A DNA stretch of 64,000 nucleotides from an uncultured Gammaproteobacteria bacterium (GCA_963822465.1 CAWGHP010000010.1:284149-348148); one strand, 5' to 3'. Shown: positions 28,303 through 39,513, counted from the stretch's first letter. The notes: generated by a model from the sequence alone, not told the origin. Translations and numbers: made by a program.

Positions 28303-31218
28303 ATGAAGATGCGTGTAGCCGGCCTTTCGATGGCGCTGGGCGTGTTCGCGTTGGCGGGCAATGCCCTGGCCGCCGCTGCCTGGCCCACTGTCTCGCAGCA
28401 ACTCGCGGCTGACCGGGTCCAGCCCGGAAGTGCGCTCGAACAACTGATTCGCGCCAACCAGGACTTCAGCCTGTTGCGCGCGGACGAACTCGCGACCACG
28501 CGACCCGACCTGCCGCCGTGGCTCAAGGTCATCTGGCGCAAGGAGCATCCGAAGGGCAACTACACGGCCGACGATCCGAGCGGCGGCTATCCGCTGGTGC
28601 TGCGCGAAGTCCACGAGTGGATGCTCTCGCACCAGGACCTCAAGCCCGGCACGCCGGATTCCGACCAGTTCCCGAAATCGAACGTGGATCCGGACGCGCC
28701 GATCGTCAATGGCGAGCAGCGCGTCTCCGGCCTGCAGACCAGCCCGCGCAGCGAGTCGGATATCCGCGTCAACTACTGGGATCCGCAGAAGATCATCTCC
28801 GCTTCGAACAACATCAGCAGCGCCGGAACGCAGGCGCAGTTCTATTCCACCGATGGCGGGGCGACCTGGGGCCAGACCAACCTGAGCCTCGCCAGCGGCG
28901 ACGCGTTCCATTCCGACCCGACCGTCGAATGGACATCCAACGGCACCGCGTGGTCGAGCACGCTCGGCATCAATTCTGCCGGCAACGTCCTCAAGCTGCG
29001 TACCTACAGTTCGGCCGATTCGGGCGCGACCTGGACGCTAGAGGCGACGCCGTCGGCCGCGCAGACCGCGGTCGACAAGCAGATGCACTGGGTCGACCAC
29101 AGCGCCAGCTCGGCCTGCAAGGATTACCAGTACATCATCTACCACAACAACGCGCCGGCCTACATCACGACCAGGAACGCGGGCACCGGCACCTGGGGCG
29201 CGCCGATCCAGGTCAGCGGCGCCGAGTCGACCGGCACCGCCATCGGCAGCGACATCAAGTCCAACTCCGCCGGTGACGCCTTCGGCTTCTGGCCGACCAC
29301 GACCAATCGCAAGGTCTTCGTCACCAAGAGCAGCAACTGCGGCGTTGCCTGGGCTACCCCGGTGCAGGTGGCCACGACGTTCGACGGCTACGACATCGGC
29401 GTACCGGGCTTCGCCAATCGGCGCATCCTGATCTACGTCTCCGGCGGCACCTATCGCTCGGCGACGAAGAACATGGTCTATGCCTCCTGGACCGACCTCT
29501 CGGGCGAGACCGGTTGCACGGTCGCCGCCAACGAGCCGGGCTCCAACGTCGCCTCGACCTGCAAGACGCGCATCTGGTTCGCGCGTTCGCTGGATGGCGG
29601 CGCCACCTGGCAACCCAAGGTCATGCTCAACAACCAGGCTTCGCTGAACGACCAGTTCAACCAGTGGCTGGTGGTGGATGAAGCGACCGGCGGCGTCGGC
29701 ATCATCTACTACGACACCGTTGCCGATTCCGGCCGCAAGAAGACCCATCTCTACTACCAGTCCTCGTTCGACGACGGCGCGACCTGGATCCCGGCGGTGC
29801 AGGTCACCTCGGCGCAGACCGACGAGACCACCGGCGGCCAGGACAGCGGCAACCAGTACGGCGACTACAACGCGTTCTCGGGCATCGCCGGCACCTTCTT
29901 CCCGTCGTGGACCGACCGCCGCGCCGGACTCAAGGAAGAGATCTGGACCGCGAAGATCCTCGATCTGGTCTGCACCGCGCCGGCCTCGCCGGTCGCCGGT
30001 GCGGCGACGGCGGTCGCGCCCAACCAGGTCGAACTCAGCTGGTCGAACGGCGCGCCGGCGGCAACCACGTTCAATGTCTATCGGGCGAATGGAACCTGCG
30101 CTTCACCCGGGTCCTTCGGCGCCATCGCCAGCGGACTCGCCGGCAGCCCGTTCACCGACAGCACGGTCTCGGGCGGCCTGACCTACGCCTACAAGGTTTC
30201 CGGAGTCGATGCATCGGGTTCCTGCGAATCCGCGCAAAGCGCCTGCCTCGAGGCCACCGCGACCGGCCAGTGCACCCTGGGCGCCACCTTCGGCGGCCTC
30301 GACACGGCGAGCAATTCGGCAACGGCGACCTGCACCAACAACCTCGGCTGGACGGCGGCCGTCGCGCAGTGCGCCGGGCCGGTCAGCTACAACGTCTACC
30401 GCGACACGACCAGCGGATTCGCGCCGTCGCTCGCCAACCGGATTGCCAGCGGCGTCAGCGGCACTTCCTACCTCGACAGCGATTCGCTGGCCAGCGGGAC
30501 CCGCTACTACTACGTCGTGCGTGCCGTGGACGCCTCCAACGGCGTGATCGATCCCAATAGCGTGCAGCGCAGCGCCGTGCCGACCGGTCCGATCGCGAGC
30601 GCCAACCTGGTCGATACCTTCGAGGCCGCCGGCGGCTTCGACACGGCAGGCTGGACGCACGCCGCGCTCAGCGGCGCCAATGACTGGACCTGGTCCAGCG
30701 CGCAGAGCCAGACGCCGAGCCACTCGTGGGCATCTGCCGAGTTGCCCTCGGTGTCCGATCGCGTGCTGACCACGCCAAGCCTGACCGCGCAGGCAAACAC
30801 GACGCTGAGCTTCTTCCATACCTTCGCGTTCGAGGGCACGCTGGCGACATGCTACGACGCCGGCACGCTGGAAATCTCGACCGACGCCGGCGCAAGCTGG
30901 AGCGTCGTGCCGGATGCCGCTTTCACTGCCGGCGGCTTCAACGGCACGGTCAATTCCGGCTTCGGCAATCCGATCGGCGGCAAGCGCGCGTGGTGCGCGG
31001 GCACGATCGGGGCGATGACCGAAGTCGGCGTCAACCTCGGCGCCTACGCGGGCCAGCAGTTCCAGCTGCGCTGGCACGAAGGCGACGACAGCTCGGCGAT
31101 CGTGACCGGCTGGTTCGTCGACAGCGTGACGATCAGCAATGTCGGTACCGCCAGCGCGTGCAGCACCGGCACCAACGACTTCATCTTCGTCGACGGCTTC
31201 GATCCACCGCTTCGCTGA
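28303..31218 (+). CDS. secreted BNR/Asp-box repeat protein with FN3-like modules and a C-terminal MAM/jelly-roll-like (choice-of-anchor-type) domain
   Basis: ORF 28201..31218. Start is MKMRVAGLSMALGVFALAGNALA, behind gattggggaaa (the same 5-prime context as at 25277). Asp-boxes are YSTDGGATWG, SSADSGATWT, RSLDGGATWQ and SSFDDGATWI. The protein ends FIFVDGFDPPLR. Confidence 0.85.
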   Translation: MKMRVAGLSMALGVFALAGNALAAAAWPTVSQQLAADRVQPGSALEQLIRANQDFSLLRADELATTRPDLPPWLKVIWRKEHPKGNYTADDPSGGYPLVLREVHEWMLSHQDLKPGTPDSDQFPKSNVDPDAPIVNGEQRVSGLQTSPRSESDIRVNYWDPQKIISASNNISSAGTQAQFYSTDGGATWGQTNLSLASGDAFHSDPTVEWTSNGTAWSSTLGINSAGNVLKLRTYSSADSGATWTLEATPSAAQTAVDKQMHWVDHSASSACKDYQYIIYHNNAPAYITTRNAGTGTWGAPIQVSGAESTGTAIGSDIKSNSAGDAFGFWPTTTNRKVFVTKSSNCGVAWATPVQVATTFDGYDIGVPGFANRRILIYVSGGTYRSATKNMVYASWTDLSGETGCTVAANEPGSNVASTCKTRIWFARSLDGGATWQPKVMLNNQASLNDQFNQWLVVDEATGGVGIIYYDTVADSGRKKTHLYYQSSFDDGATWIPAVQVTSAQTDETTGGQDSGNQYGDYNAFSGIAGTFFPSWTDRRAGLKEEIWTAKILDLVCTAPASPVAGAATAVAPNQVELSWSNGAPAATTFNVYRANGTCASPGSFGAIASGLAGSPFTDSTVSGGLTYAYKVSGVDASGSCESAQSACLEATATGQCTLGATFGGLDTASNSATATCTNNLGWTAAVAQCAGPVSYNVYRDTTSGFAPSLANRIASGVSGTSYLDSDSLASGTRYYYVVRAVDASNGVIDPNSVQRSAVPTGPIASANLVDTFEAAGGFDTAGWTHAALSGANDWTWSSAQSQTPSHSWASAELPSVSDRVLTTPSLTAQANTTLSFFHTFAFEGTLATCYDAGTLEISTDAGASWSVVPDAAFTAGGFNGTVNSGFGNPIGGKRAWCAGTIGAMTEVGVNLGAYAGQQFQLRWHEGDDSSAIVTGWFVDSVTISNVGTASACSTGTNDFIFVDGFDPPLR

Positions 31219-31411
31219 GCGCAGCGGGCGAGCCCGACCCTGCATGCCGCCGCGCCCGATTCGTCGGGCGCGGCACAGCGCTGCAGGCGGGCAAGCCGGA
31301 CGGCAAGCGGCAAGCCGGCCGCGGGCAGGTGGCCGCTGCGCCGCAGGCCACGGCGCCTCCGTCGCCGATATGCTAGGTTCCTGCCTCTATTCGACCGGGG
31401 GAGTCGTGCGG

Positions 31412-33847
31412 ATGCGGGCAACAACGAGGATCCTGGCGGGAGTTGCGTTGCTGCTGGCAGCGGCCGGCGCCACGGCGGAAACGCGCCACACCACGCCCTG
31501 CATCGACGGACTGGCCGAAGGGTATCCCTGCAACAAGGTCGACCTGATCGGGCATCTCGGCCTGGTCGAGCTTGGCACCACGGCCGGCGGCAGCGGCAAC
31601 GACATGTGGGGCTGGACCGATCCCGATACCGGCAAGGAATATGCGCTGGTCGGCCTCAACAACGGCACCGCCTTCATCGACCTGTCGGATCCCGATCACC
31701 TGCTGCGCGTCGGTAACCTCGCCACGCACAGCAGCAATTCGACCTGGCGCGACATCAAGACCTACGGCTACTACGCCTTCATCGTCTCCGAGGCGGCCGA
31801 CCACGGCATGCAGGTGTTCGACCTGCGCCGCCTGCGCAACGTGGCGACGCCGCCGGCAACCTTCACCGAGGATGCCTGGTACGGCAATTTCGGCCGCGCC
31901 CACAACATCGTCATCAACGAGCAATCGGGCTTCGCCTACGCGGTCGGTTCGCGCCAGGGCACGCAGCAATGCGGCGCCGGCCTGCACATGATCGACATCC
32001 GCAATCCGCTGCTTCCCGTGTTCGCCGGCTGCTTCGGCGCAGACGGCTACACCCACGATGCCCAGTGCATCGTCTACGACGGCCCGGACACCGCGCATGT
32101 CGGGCGCGAGATCTGCTTCGCCGCGAACGAGGACACGCTGACCATCGTCGATGTCGAGAACAAGTCGGTCCCGGTCATGCTGTCGCGCACCGCCTACGCG
32201 GGCTCCAGCTACACGCACCAGGGCTGGCTGACCGCCGATCGCCGCTATTTCCTGCTCAACGACGAACTCGACGAACAGGACTTCGGCCACAACACGCGCA
32301 CCTACGTCTGGAACGTGCAGGACCTCGACGCGCCGCAGCTGGCCTTCGCCTACACCGGTCCGGTGCCGGCGATCGACCACAACCTCTACGTGCACCAGGG
32401 CTACGCCTACGAATCGAACTACCGCAGCGGATTGCGCATCATCGACCTGTCCAATATCGACAGCGGCAGCCTCGCCGAGGCGGCGTACTTCGATACCTAT
32501 CCGGCTTCCGATGACGCGAACTACGGCGGCACCTGGAGCAACTATCCCTATTACGCGAGCGGCCTGGTCGGCATCAGCGACATGAACCGCGGCTTCTTCG
32601 TCGTCGAACCGAACCTCTGCGTGGCGCCGGCGGCGGCGAACGGACTGGTGGCCAATGCCAATGGCGACAACCGCATCGACCTGGCCTGGAACGCCAGTGC
32701 CACCGCGGGTGCCAGCTACAGCGTCGACCGCGTGCTCGGCGGCTGCACTGGCAGCGCCAGCGAGACCATCGCGACGGGATTGCTCTCGCCCGGCTTCAAT
32801 GATGTGTCCGCGTCCGGTGCGGTCACCTACGGTTATCGCGTGCGCAGCGTGGCCGCCTCCGGGCAATGTGCGGCCGCGCCGAGCGCCTGTGTCGAGGCGA
32901 CCACCACCGGTGCCTGCACGGCGCCACCCGCATTCAACGGAATCTCCAGCGCGAACTCGGCCGGCACCGCGCAATGCGCGATCGACCTGGCCTGGCAGTC
33001 GGCGCAGTCCTATTGCGGTGCACAGACGGCGTTCGAGGTCTACCGGTCGGAGGATCCTGCCTTCACGCCGGCGCCGGCCAACCGCGTGGCGTCGGGCATC
33101 GCCGCGCTGTCCTGGCTCGATGCCGCCGTCGCGCCGGCGACCGCCTATACCTATGTCGTGCGCGCCGCCGACAGCGGCAACGGCAGCGTGGACTTCAACA
33201 ACATCCGGCTCACGGCGACTCCCGCCGGCCCGCCCGGTGACGGCGACTATTTCAGCGGTGCCGAAATCGGTACGCCGATCCTTTCCGGCGCCGACGGCAC
33301 GGCCACCACCGACAGCGCGGAAACGCCGCGTCACGTGGCATGGGAGGTCGTCACCGACCAGGCGCACAGCGGAGCACGCAGTTATTACTCGGGCTACAAC
33401 AACTCCGAGTGCCTGTCGATCGGTACCGACACGATCACGCTGACCGCGGCGACCAGTCCGCAGCTCGAATTCTGGACACGCTACGGCATCGAGGCCAATT
33501 GGGATGGCGGCATCGTGCAGGTCTCGACCGACGAGGGCCAGTCATGGAGCACGATCACGCCGGCCGGTGGCTATCCGGGCACGCTGACCCACACCGGCAA
33601 TGCCTGCGGGATTCCGCTCGGCAGCGGCGCCTATACCGGCACCAATCTGGGCTGGACGCGGCAGCAGTTCGACCTGGCCAGCTATGCCGGCCAGGCGATC
33701 CGGCTGCGCTGGCGCTTCGGCACCGATACATCCCAGACCGCCGAGGGCTGGTGGATCGACGATATCCGCGTGACCCATGCCCAGGTGCCGGGCCTGTGCA
33801 CGGCCGGCATCGACAGCATCTTTGCCGACGGCTTCGAGACGCCCTGA
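31412..33847 (+). CDS. secreted LVIVD/choice-of-anchor-B-like propeller protein with FN3-like modules and the same C-terminal jelly-roll-like domain
   Basis: ORF 31139..33847. Start is MRATTRILAGVALLLAAAGATA. The N-terminus is TPCIDGLAEGYPCNKVDLIGH...DMWGWTDPDTGKEYALVG...YAFIVSE. The C-terminal half is collinear with that of 28303..31218. The protein ends SIFADGFETP. Confidence 0.8.
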   Translation: MRATTRILAGVALLLAAAGATAETRHTTPCIDGLAEGYPCNKVDLIGHLGLVELGTTAGGSGNDMWGWTDPDTGKEYALVGLNNGTAFIDLSDPDHLLRVGNLATHSSNSTWRDIKTYGYYAFIVSEAADHGMQVFDLRRLRNVATPPATFTEDAWYGNFGRAHNIVINEQSGFAYAVGSRQGTQQCGAGLHMIDIRNPLLPVFAGCFGADGYTHDAQCIVYDGPDTAHVGREICFAANEDTLTIVDVENKSVPVMLSRTAYAGSSYTHQGWLTADRRYFLLNDELDEQDFGHNTRTYVWNVQDLDAPQLAFAYTGPVPAIDHNLYVHQGYAYESNYRSGLRIIDLSNIDSGSLAEAAYFDTYPASDDANYGGTWSNYPYYASGLVGISDMNRGFFVVEPNLCVAPAAANGLVANANGDNRIDLAWNASATAGASYSVDRVLGGCTGSASETIATGLLSPGFNDVSASGAVTYGYRVRSVAASGQCAAAPSACVEATTTGACTAPPAFNGISSANSAGTAQCAIDLAWQSAQSYCGAQTAFEVYRSEDPAFTPAPANRVASGIAALSWLDAAVAPATAYTYVVRAADSGNGSVDFNNIRLTATPAGPPGDGDYFSGAEIGTPILSGADGTATTDSAETPRHVAWEVVTDQAHSGARSYYSGYNNSECLSIGTDTITLTAATSPQLEFWTRYGIEANWDGGIVQVSTDEGQSWSTITPAGGYPGTLTHTGNACGIPLGSGAYTGTNLGWTRQQFDLASYAGQAIRLRWRFGTDTSQTAEGWWIDDIRVTHAQVPGLCTAGIDSIFADGFETP

Positions 33848-33941
33848 GCGCGGTCGCGGCTTCCGGCTGCGCGCGGTGCCCGACGCAACGGTTCGCGGCC
33901 CGATGCCGGCGCGGGATGGATGGCCTGGCCGCCGCGCAGGC

Positions 33942-33972
33942 AATAAAAAACCCCGGGTGTCGCCACCCGGGG
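33942..33972 (-). terminator. rho-independent terminator of the cold-shock gene
   Basis: On the minus strand, ccccgggtg-gcga-cacccgggg is followed by a T-run (plus-strand aaaaaa at 33945-33950). Confidence 0.8.
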
Positions 33973-33998
33973 CTCTTCATTTCGCAATGGCGCGAAGC

Positions 33999-34208
33999 TC
34001 AGGCAACCTGGACTTCGTCGGCCTGCATGCCCTTCTGGCCCTGCACGGCGACGAACGTCACGCGCTGGCCTTCCTGCAGGGACTTGAAGCCGCTGCCCTG
34101 GATCGAACGGAAATGCACGAACAGGTCGGGGCCGCTTTCCGGGGTGATGAAGCCGAAGCCTTTGGCATCATTGAACCACTTCACGGTACCGTTCTGACGA
34201 TTGGACAT
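33999..34208 (-). CDS. cspA: CspA-family cold-shock protein
   Basis: 69 aa with [15 protein letters not shown] (RNP1) and DLFVHFS-like FVHFRSI (RNP2). Confidence 0.95.
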   Translation of the reverse strand: MSNRQNGTVKWFNDAKGFGFITPESGPDLFVHFRSIQGSGFKSLQEGQRVTFVAVQGQKGMQADEVQVA

Positions 34209-34602
34209 ATCTAACTCCTAACAAACTCAAAAGTAATGGTATTCACGTCCGGGGGAGACCCCGTGGGACGAGACTGAGGTTGCTAAGGAGCGCGCAATCG
34301 GAACGATGGAATCGTGATATTCGACCACATCGGGCCACGATTAACAGTGACCCTGGCAAACACAGTGCGCACACTGTACAGAGGATTGTTAAACAAAGCG
34401 ACTGGGAAAACGAAAAAAGTGCCTTGCCGGACTTGCAAAATCTGCCTCGATATGACGCCCGGGGCCGCAGGTTCCAATAAAACGCATATATAACAACAAC
34501 CTGGCTATGGTTTGCCCCGGTCCGCCACGGCCGGCCGGGGGCCGGTTCCGGTGGCTGTCCCGCTATCGGGCCAGCCCGTTGCCGGTCTGCGGGGAGGGCG
34601 TA

Positions 34603-35913
34603 TCAGGAGCCCTGGGCAGCAACCGGGCGCAGTTTCTCGTGCAGTGCGGCGTATTCCGCGGCCAGGGGTTCGGCCGCCGACGGGCGCGCAAGCAGGGCGG
34701 CGAGCGCAGCCGGTGGCGGCACCGGATGACCGACCAGCGGTTCGACGATCTGCTCGAACTTGGCCGGGTGCGCGGTGGCGATGATGGCCCAATGTCCGTG
34801 CGCGCCGCGTTCTCGCAAAACGTCGAGGACATGGGCGGCGCAGGCGGTATGCGGGCAGAACACTTCGCCGTAGCGGGCGACGCCGGTGCTGATGGCCAAC
34901 CGGATTTCGTCATCGCTGACGGCATGCGCCTGGAATGCGCCACGCAGTGCGTCGGCGTCGGCATACAGCCAGCGCAGCCGCTCGAAATTGCTTGGCGCCC
35001 CGACATCCATCGCGTTGGCCAGCGTCGCCACGCTGTCCTTGGGCTGGTAGGCGTCGCCGGCAAAGAAGTCGGGCAACACGCGATTGGCATTGGTTGCCAG
35101 TGCGATATCCGCGAGCGGAAGCCCGCAGGCACGGGCGAGGATGGCGGCCTGCGCGTTGCCGAGGTTGCCGGTGGGCACGACCACGTTGAGCGGGGCTTGC
35201 GTGGCACGCCAGTGCGACAGCGAAGCATGCGCGTAATAGGCCATCTGCGGCAGCAGGCGCCCGAGGCTGATGCTGTTGGCCGAGCTGAGCGGTACGTGCT
35301 CCTGCAGGTCGCGATCGCCGAGCGCCTGCTTCACCAGGCGCTGGCAGTCATCGAAGCTGCCGGCAACGCGGAACGCGTGGATGTTCTCGCCGAAGCAGCC
35401 CAGCTGGTGGGCCTGGCGCGGTGACACGCGTCCATCGGGATAGAGGATGACGACACGCAGGTTGGGCAGGCCATGGAAGGCTGCCGCGACGGCGGCGCCG
35501 GTGTCGCCCGAGGTGGCGACGAGGATCGTCAGCGGCGGCGCATCGCTGCGGCGCAGGCGCGTCATGCAGCGCGCGAGGAAGCGCGCGCCGAAATCCTTGA
35601 ACGCCGCGGTCGGCCCGTGGAACAGTTCGAGGACATGGGTTTCGGCAACCGGAAGCGCCTTCAGCGGCGCCGCAAAATCGAAGGCTTCGGCGCAGATCGC
35701 ATCGAGCTCGCCAGCCAGCGCATCGCCCGCGAAAAACGGTCTGAGCAGGCGCGCGGCGACCTCCGCCAGCGATTCATCGGCGGCGAAATCGGCCGCGGCG
35801 AAGCGCGGCAGGCTGGCCGGGACGTAGAGGCCGCCATCGGCGGCGAGGCCGGCGATCAGCGCCTGGCTGAGGGCCACCCTGGTGCTGCCATCGCGCGTGG
35901 AAACATAGTTCAT
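34603..35913 (-). CDS. thrC: threonine synthase
   Basis: ORF 34603..35994. Start MNYVSTRDG is at 35913 (ATGA overlap with thrB). Motifs are [17 protein letters not shown] (PLP lysine) and ATSGDTGAA. Confidence 0.92.
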   Translation of the reverse strand: MNYVSTRDGSTRVALSQALIAGLAADGGLYVPASLPRFAAADFAADESLAEVAARLLRPFFAGDALAGELDAICAEAFDFAAPLKALPVAETHVLELFHGPTAAFKDFGARFLARCMTRLRRSDAPPLTILVATSGDTGAAVAAAFHGLPNLRVVILYPDGRVSPRQAHQLGCFGENIHAFRVAGSFDDCQRLVKQALGDRDLQEHVPLSSANSISLGRLLPQMAYYAHASLSHWRATQAPLNVVVPTGNLGNAQAAILARACGLPLADIALATNANRVLPDFFAGDAYQPKDSVATLANAMDVGAPSNFERLRWLYADADALRGAFQAHAVSDDEIRLAISTGVARYGEVFCPHTACAAHVLDVLRERGAHGHWAIIATAHPAKFEQIVEPLVGHPVPPPAALAALLARPSAAEPLAAEYAALHEKLRPVAAQGS

Positions 35914-36830
35914 GCGATCACCGCGGCGGCCGGGCCGTTGACCGGGGTCAGATAGGCGCGACTGGCCAGGCCGGCTTGCGCGAACGCGTCGCACATCGCC
36001 GGCGCCGCCGCTTGCGCGCCGACTTCATCCTCGAACCAGGCGAACACGCTCGGCCCCGCGCCGGAGATCGCCGAGCCCATCGCATCGTGGTCCAGCGCGG
36101 CGCGTTTGACCGAATGAAATCCGGCGATCAATGGCGCGCGGCGCGGCTCGACGATGACGTCGGCGAGGCCGGCACGCACGAGGTCGGCGTCGCCACGCAG
36201 GCAGCCGGCGATGACCAGGGCGAGATTGCCACTCTGTTCGACGAATTCCGCAAGACCGTAACTGCCTTGCAGCGCCTCGCGCGCGCGGCGCGTTTCGAGT
36301 ACCGCGTCGGGATGCACGACCACGCAATGCCAGGCATCCGGCACCACCAGGCGGACCAGCCGGCCCTGCGCGGCGAGGACGAGGCCGCCGAGCAGCATCG
36401 GTGCGACGTTGTCGCCGTGGCGGCTGCCGCTGGCGACCGCCTCGCCGTCGAGGGCAAACGGATACAGCGCTTCGCTTGGCAAGGGCTGTTCGAGCAGCGC
36501 ATTGGCCGCGACCAGGGCGGCGACGCAGGAAGCGGCCGAGCCGCCCATGCCCGAACCGAGCGCGATGCCCTTGTCGATGTCGATGGCGAAACCATGCTCG
36601 AGGCCGAGCGCCTCGCGCAGCGCGATCACGGCGCGCCCGGCGGTGTTGAGCGTGGCGTCGAGCGGCAGCCCGGTCACGCAACCGCGGATCGAATCGATGC
36701 GCACGACGGGCTCGTCGATCGAACGCACCGTCACCCGGTCACCGACGCCGGCGATGCTCTGGCCGAGGATGTCGAAGCCGACGGCGACGTTGCCGATGCT
36801 GGCCGGTGCGAACGCCGTGGCCGACTTCAC
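35910..36830 (-). CDS. thrB: homoserine kinase
   Basis: C-terminal 306 codons of ORF 35910..37820. GTG at 36830 overlaps the thrA stop (GTGA). The GHMP motif is [14 protein letters not shown]. Confidence 0.88.
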   Translation of the reverse strand: MKSATAFAPASIGNVAVGFDILGQSIAGVGDRVTVRSIDEPVVRIDSIRGCVTGLPLDATLNTAGRAVIALREALGLEHGFAIDIDKGIALGSGMGGSAASCVAALVAANALLEQPLPSEALYPFALDGEAVASGSRHGDNVAPMLLGGLVLAAQGRLVRLVVPDAWHCVVVHPDAVLETRRAREALQGSYGLAEFVEQSGNLALVIAGCLRGDADLVRAGLADVIVEPRRAPLIAGFHSVKRAALDHDAMGSAISGAGPSVFAWFEDEVGAQAAAPAMCDAFAQAGLASRAYLTPVNGPAAAVIA

Positions 36831-39367
36831 AGGCGGGCTCCGAGCGCGGCGCCGAGCCTGAGCAGGTCGGCGAACACGCCGGCCGCGGTCACCTCGCGAC
36901 CGGCACCGGGGCCCTGCACGATCAGCGGATTTTCCGCATAGCGCCGGGTCGTGAACTGCACGCTGTTGTCGGTCAGGCGCAGGTTGGCAAACGCATGCGA
37001 TTCGGGCAATTCGACGAGGCCGACGCTGGCGCGCCCCGCCTGGTCGAGCCGGGCCACGTAGCGCAGCACGCAGCGGTTCGCGCGTGCGCTGGCGTACTTC
37101 GATGCGATGTCGGCATCGAGCGATTCGAGTGCGGCGATGGCGGCGTCGCGATCCAGCGCGAGCAGGGCGGCGGGCACCAGGCTCTCGACCTCGACATCGG
37201 ACAGTTCGAGGTGCTGGCCGGCTTCGCGGGCAAGGATGACGAGCTTGCGCGCCACGTCGAGACCGGAAAGATCGTCGCGCGGATCCGGCTCGGTATAGCC
37301 GAGGGCGAGGGCCTCGCGGACCAGCGCCGAAAACGGCTGGCTGCCGTCGTAACGGTTGAACAGCCAGGCCAGCGTGCCGGACAGGATGCCATCGATGCCG
37401 ATCAGTTCGTCGCCGGTATCGAGCAGGTCGCGCAATGTCGAGATCACCGGCAGGCCGGCGCCGACCGTCGCCTCGTAGCGCCAGCGCGCGCCGCTCAGCG
37501 CGCGCGCCTGGCGGATCGCCTGCCAGCGCTGCTGCGGCCCGGCGCCGGCCTGCTTGTTCGGCGTGATCACGTGGATGCCGGCAGCCAGCCAGTCCGCATA
37601 GCGGGCAGCCACGGCGTCGCTGGCGCTGCAGTCGATGATCACCGCATGCGGCAGGTGCGCGGCATGCACATGCGCGGTGAATTCGTCGAGGTCGGCGCCG
37701 GAATCGCTGGCGGCCAGTTGGGCGGACCAGTCGGCCGGCAGCTCGCCGCGGTCGCTGCGCCACAACTGGCGGCTCGATGCGATTGCGCGCACGCGCAGGT
37801 CGAGGTTCGCCTCGCCGCACAGCCGCGGCGAGGCCTCGCGCAGCTGTTCGAGCAGGGAGCGACCGACATTGCCGGGGCCGATCACGCCGACCGAAATCGT
37901 CTGCGGCGACAGCCAGAACCCGGCATGCGCGGCGCGCAATGCACGCGAGGCATCCGCGCTGGCCAGGGCCACCGAGATGTTGCGCTCCGACGCGCCCTGG
38001 GCGATCGCGCGGATGTTGACCTGGGCGCGGCCGAGCGTGGCGAACAGGCGCGCGGCGACGCCGGGCGTGCCGGCCATGCCGTCGCCGACCGCGGCCAGCA
38101 CGCTGATGTCGCGGGTGACCGTGATCGCCTGGATCTGGCCCGAGGCGAGTTCACGCGAGAACACCGCATCGAGCGCCACTTCCGCGCGCGTGCAATCGAT
38201 CGCGCGCACGACCACGCAGATCGAATGTTCCGAGGAGCCCTGCGAGATCATCACGACCGAGACCTTGGCGTCGCGCAGCGCGGCGAACACGCGTTCGGCC
38301 GTGCCCGGCACGCCGATCATGCCGGCGCCTTCGACGTTGACGATGGCGAGCTGGTCGGCCAGCGACAGGCCGCGCACGGGTCCCTGCGCGGCGTCGCCGA
38401 GCGTGGTGATGCGCGTACCCGGATGTCCGGGCCGGAACGTGTTGCGGATCAGGATCGGCAGGCCGAGCGCCATCGCCGGCAGCATGGTCTGCGGGTGGAT
38501 CACCTTGGCGCCGAAGTAGGCGAGCTCGCAGGCTTCCTCGTAGGACAGCGCGTTGAGTGAGACCGCCTCGGGCACGAGGCGCGGATCGGCCGACAGCACG
38601 CCATCGACGTCGGTCCAGATATGCAGTTCGACGGCTTCGAACAGGGCGGCGAAGATCGCCCCGGAAAAATCGCTGCCGTTGCGTCCGAGCGTGGTCGGCC
38701 GTCCGTCCGCATCGCGGGCGACGAAGCCGGTAATGATGGCGCGCCGCTGCGGATGGCCGGCGCGCCACTCGGCCAGCCGCGCCGCGCTGGCCTGCCAGTC
38801 GACGGCGACGCCGAGTTCGCCGTGGCTGACCACGAGCACGTCGCGTGCGTCGAGCAGGGCGCATTCCTGGCCGAGCGCTTCGATGTGCGCGCGCAGCAGG
38901 TGCGCGGACCAGACCTCGCCGAGTCCCTGGATCGCATCGAGCGCCTCGCGGGCCGGAATGCCGAGCACGGCCAGCGCCTTCAGCGTGTCGGCGAGATCGG
39001 CGAAGCGCGCCTCCAGCCAGACCTGCATGGCCCCGGAGTTTTCGGCCAGCAGGTCGCGTGCGGTTTCGAGGTGGCGTTCGCGCAGCGCACCCCATTGCGC
39101 CTGCCAGCCCGGGTCCTTGTTCGCGGCAGCCTGGGCCAACGCAATGAGTCCGTTGGTGACGCCCTGCATGGCCGAGACCACGGTCACCTGGCGCGCATCG
39201 TCGCGCTCGAGCAGGATGCCGGCGACGCGACGGAAACAGGCTGCATCGGCCAGCGACGAGCCGCCGAACTTGTGCGCGGTCAGCGCACCGCGGGTGTCGT
39301 CCGCAGTGGCGGCAAGGTCATGACGCGTGGCAGCAAGCGTGGCTGACAATCGGGCAAACGGACTCAT
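36827..39367 (-). CDS. thrA: bifunctional aspartate kinase / homoserine dehydrogenase I
   Basis: ORF 36827..39535. Start MSPFARL is at 39367 behind GGAGGC. Kinase motifs are [10 protein letters not shown] and [13 protein letters not shown]-like repeats are present. The dehydrogenase motif is [14 protein letters not shown]. Confidence 0.92.
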   Translation of the reverse strand: MSPFARLSATLAATRHDLAATADDTRGALTAHKFGGSSLADAACFRRVAGILLERDDARQVTVVSAMQGVTNGLIALAQAAANKDPGWQAQWGALRERHLETARDLLAENSGAMQVWLEARFADLADTLKALAVLGIPAREALDAIQGLGEVWSAHLLRAHIEALGQECALLDARDVLVVSHGELGVAVDWQASAARLAEWRAGHPQRRAIITGFVARDADGRPTTLGRNGSDFSGAIFAALFEAVELHIWTDVDGVLSADPRLVPEAVSLNALSYEEACELAYFGAKVIHPQTMLPAMALGLPILIRNTFRPGHPGTRITTLGDAAQGPVRGLSLADQLAIVNVEGAGMIGVPGTAERVFAALRDAKVSVVMISQGSSEHSICVVVRAIDCTRAEVALDAVFSRELASGQIQAITVTRDISVLAAVGDGMAGTPGVAARLFATLGRAQVNIRAIAQGASERNISVALASADASRALRAAHAGFWLSPQTISVGVIGPGNVGRSLLEQLREASPRLCGEANLDLRVRAIASSRQLWRSDRGELPADWSAQLAASDSGADLDEFTAHVHAAHLPHAVIIDCSASDAVAARYADWLAAGIHVITPNKQAGAGPQQRWQAIRQARALSGARWRYEATVGAGLPVISTLRDLLDTGDELIGIDGILSGTLAWLFNRYDGSQPFSALVREALALGYTEPDPRDDLSGLDVARKLVILAREAGQHLELSDVEVESLVPAALLALDRDAAIAALESLDADIASKYASARANRCVLRYVARLDQAGRASVGLVELPESHAFANLRLTDNSVQFTTRRYAENPLIVQGPGAGREVTAAGVFADLLRLGAALGARL

Positions 39368-39456
39368 GAAGCCTCCGGCTGGTGGCCCTGCGTTCGTCGA
39401 GGAGGGGAGCGCGCTTCCCGCAGCCTCTTCGAGCTGCGGGGTCGTTGCGATGGAAA

Positions 39457-39513
39457 TTAACTGCGCACGACTGACCGCACCCGGGTGGGCGTCGTAATCA
39501 TCGTCGTAGTCAT
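39457..39513 (-). CDS. thrL: candidate thr-operon leader peptide MTTTMITTPTRVRSVVRS
   Basis: My own translation (too short for the ORF track). It is an 18-codon ORF 90 nt upstream of thrA, with 6 Thr and 1 Ile among the first 10 codons. It is followed by the hairpin ccccgcagc-tcgaagag-gctgcggg. There is no clear SD and no U-tract after the hairpin. Confidence 0.45.
   Translation of the reverse strand: MTTTMITTPTRVRSVVRS

Noticed and set aside
31249-31274. An 11-bp GC stem (gccgcgcccga-ttcg-tcgggcgcggc) after the second secreted-protein gene, considered as a terminator.
   Set aside because: No T-run follows it. It may still pause or terminate transcription, but I cannot support calling it a terminator.
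12357-33847. The idea that the XrtH-like exosortase processes the DGF[DE]-tailed secreted proteins.
   Set aside because: Exosortase substrates need a motif followed by a hydrophobic helix and a basic tail. These proteins stop 2-5 residues after DGF[DE], and the genes are 12 kb apart. No support was found.
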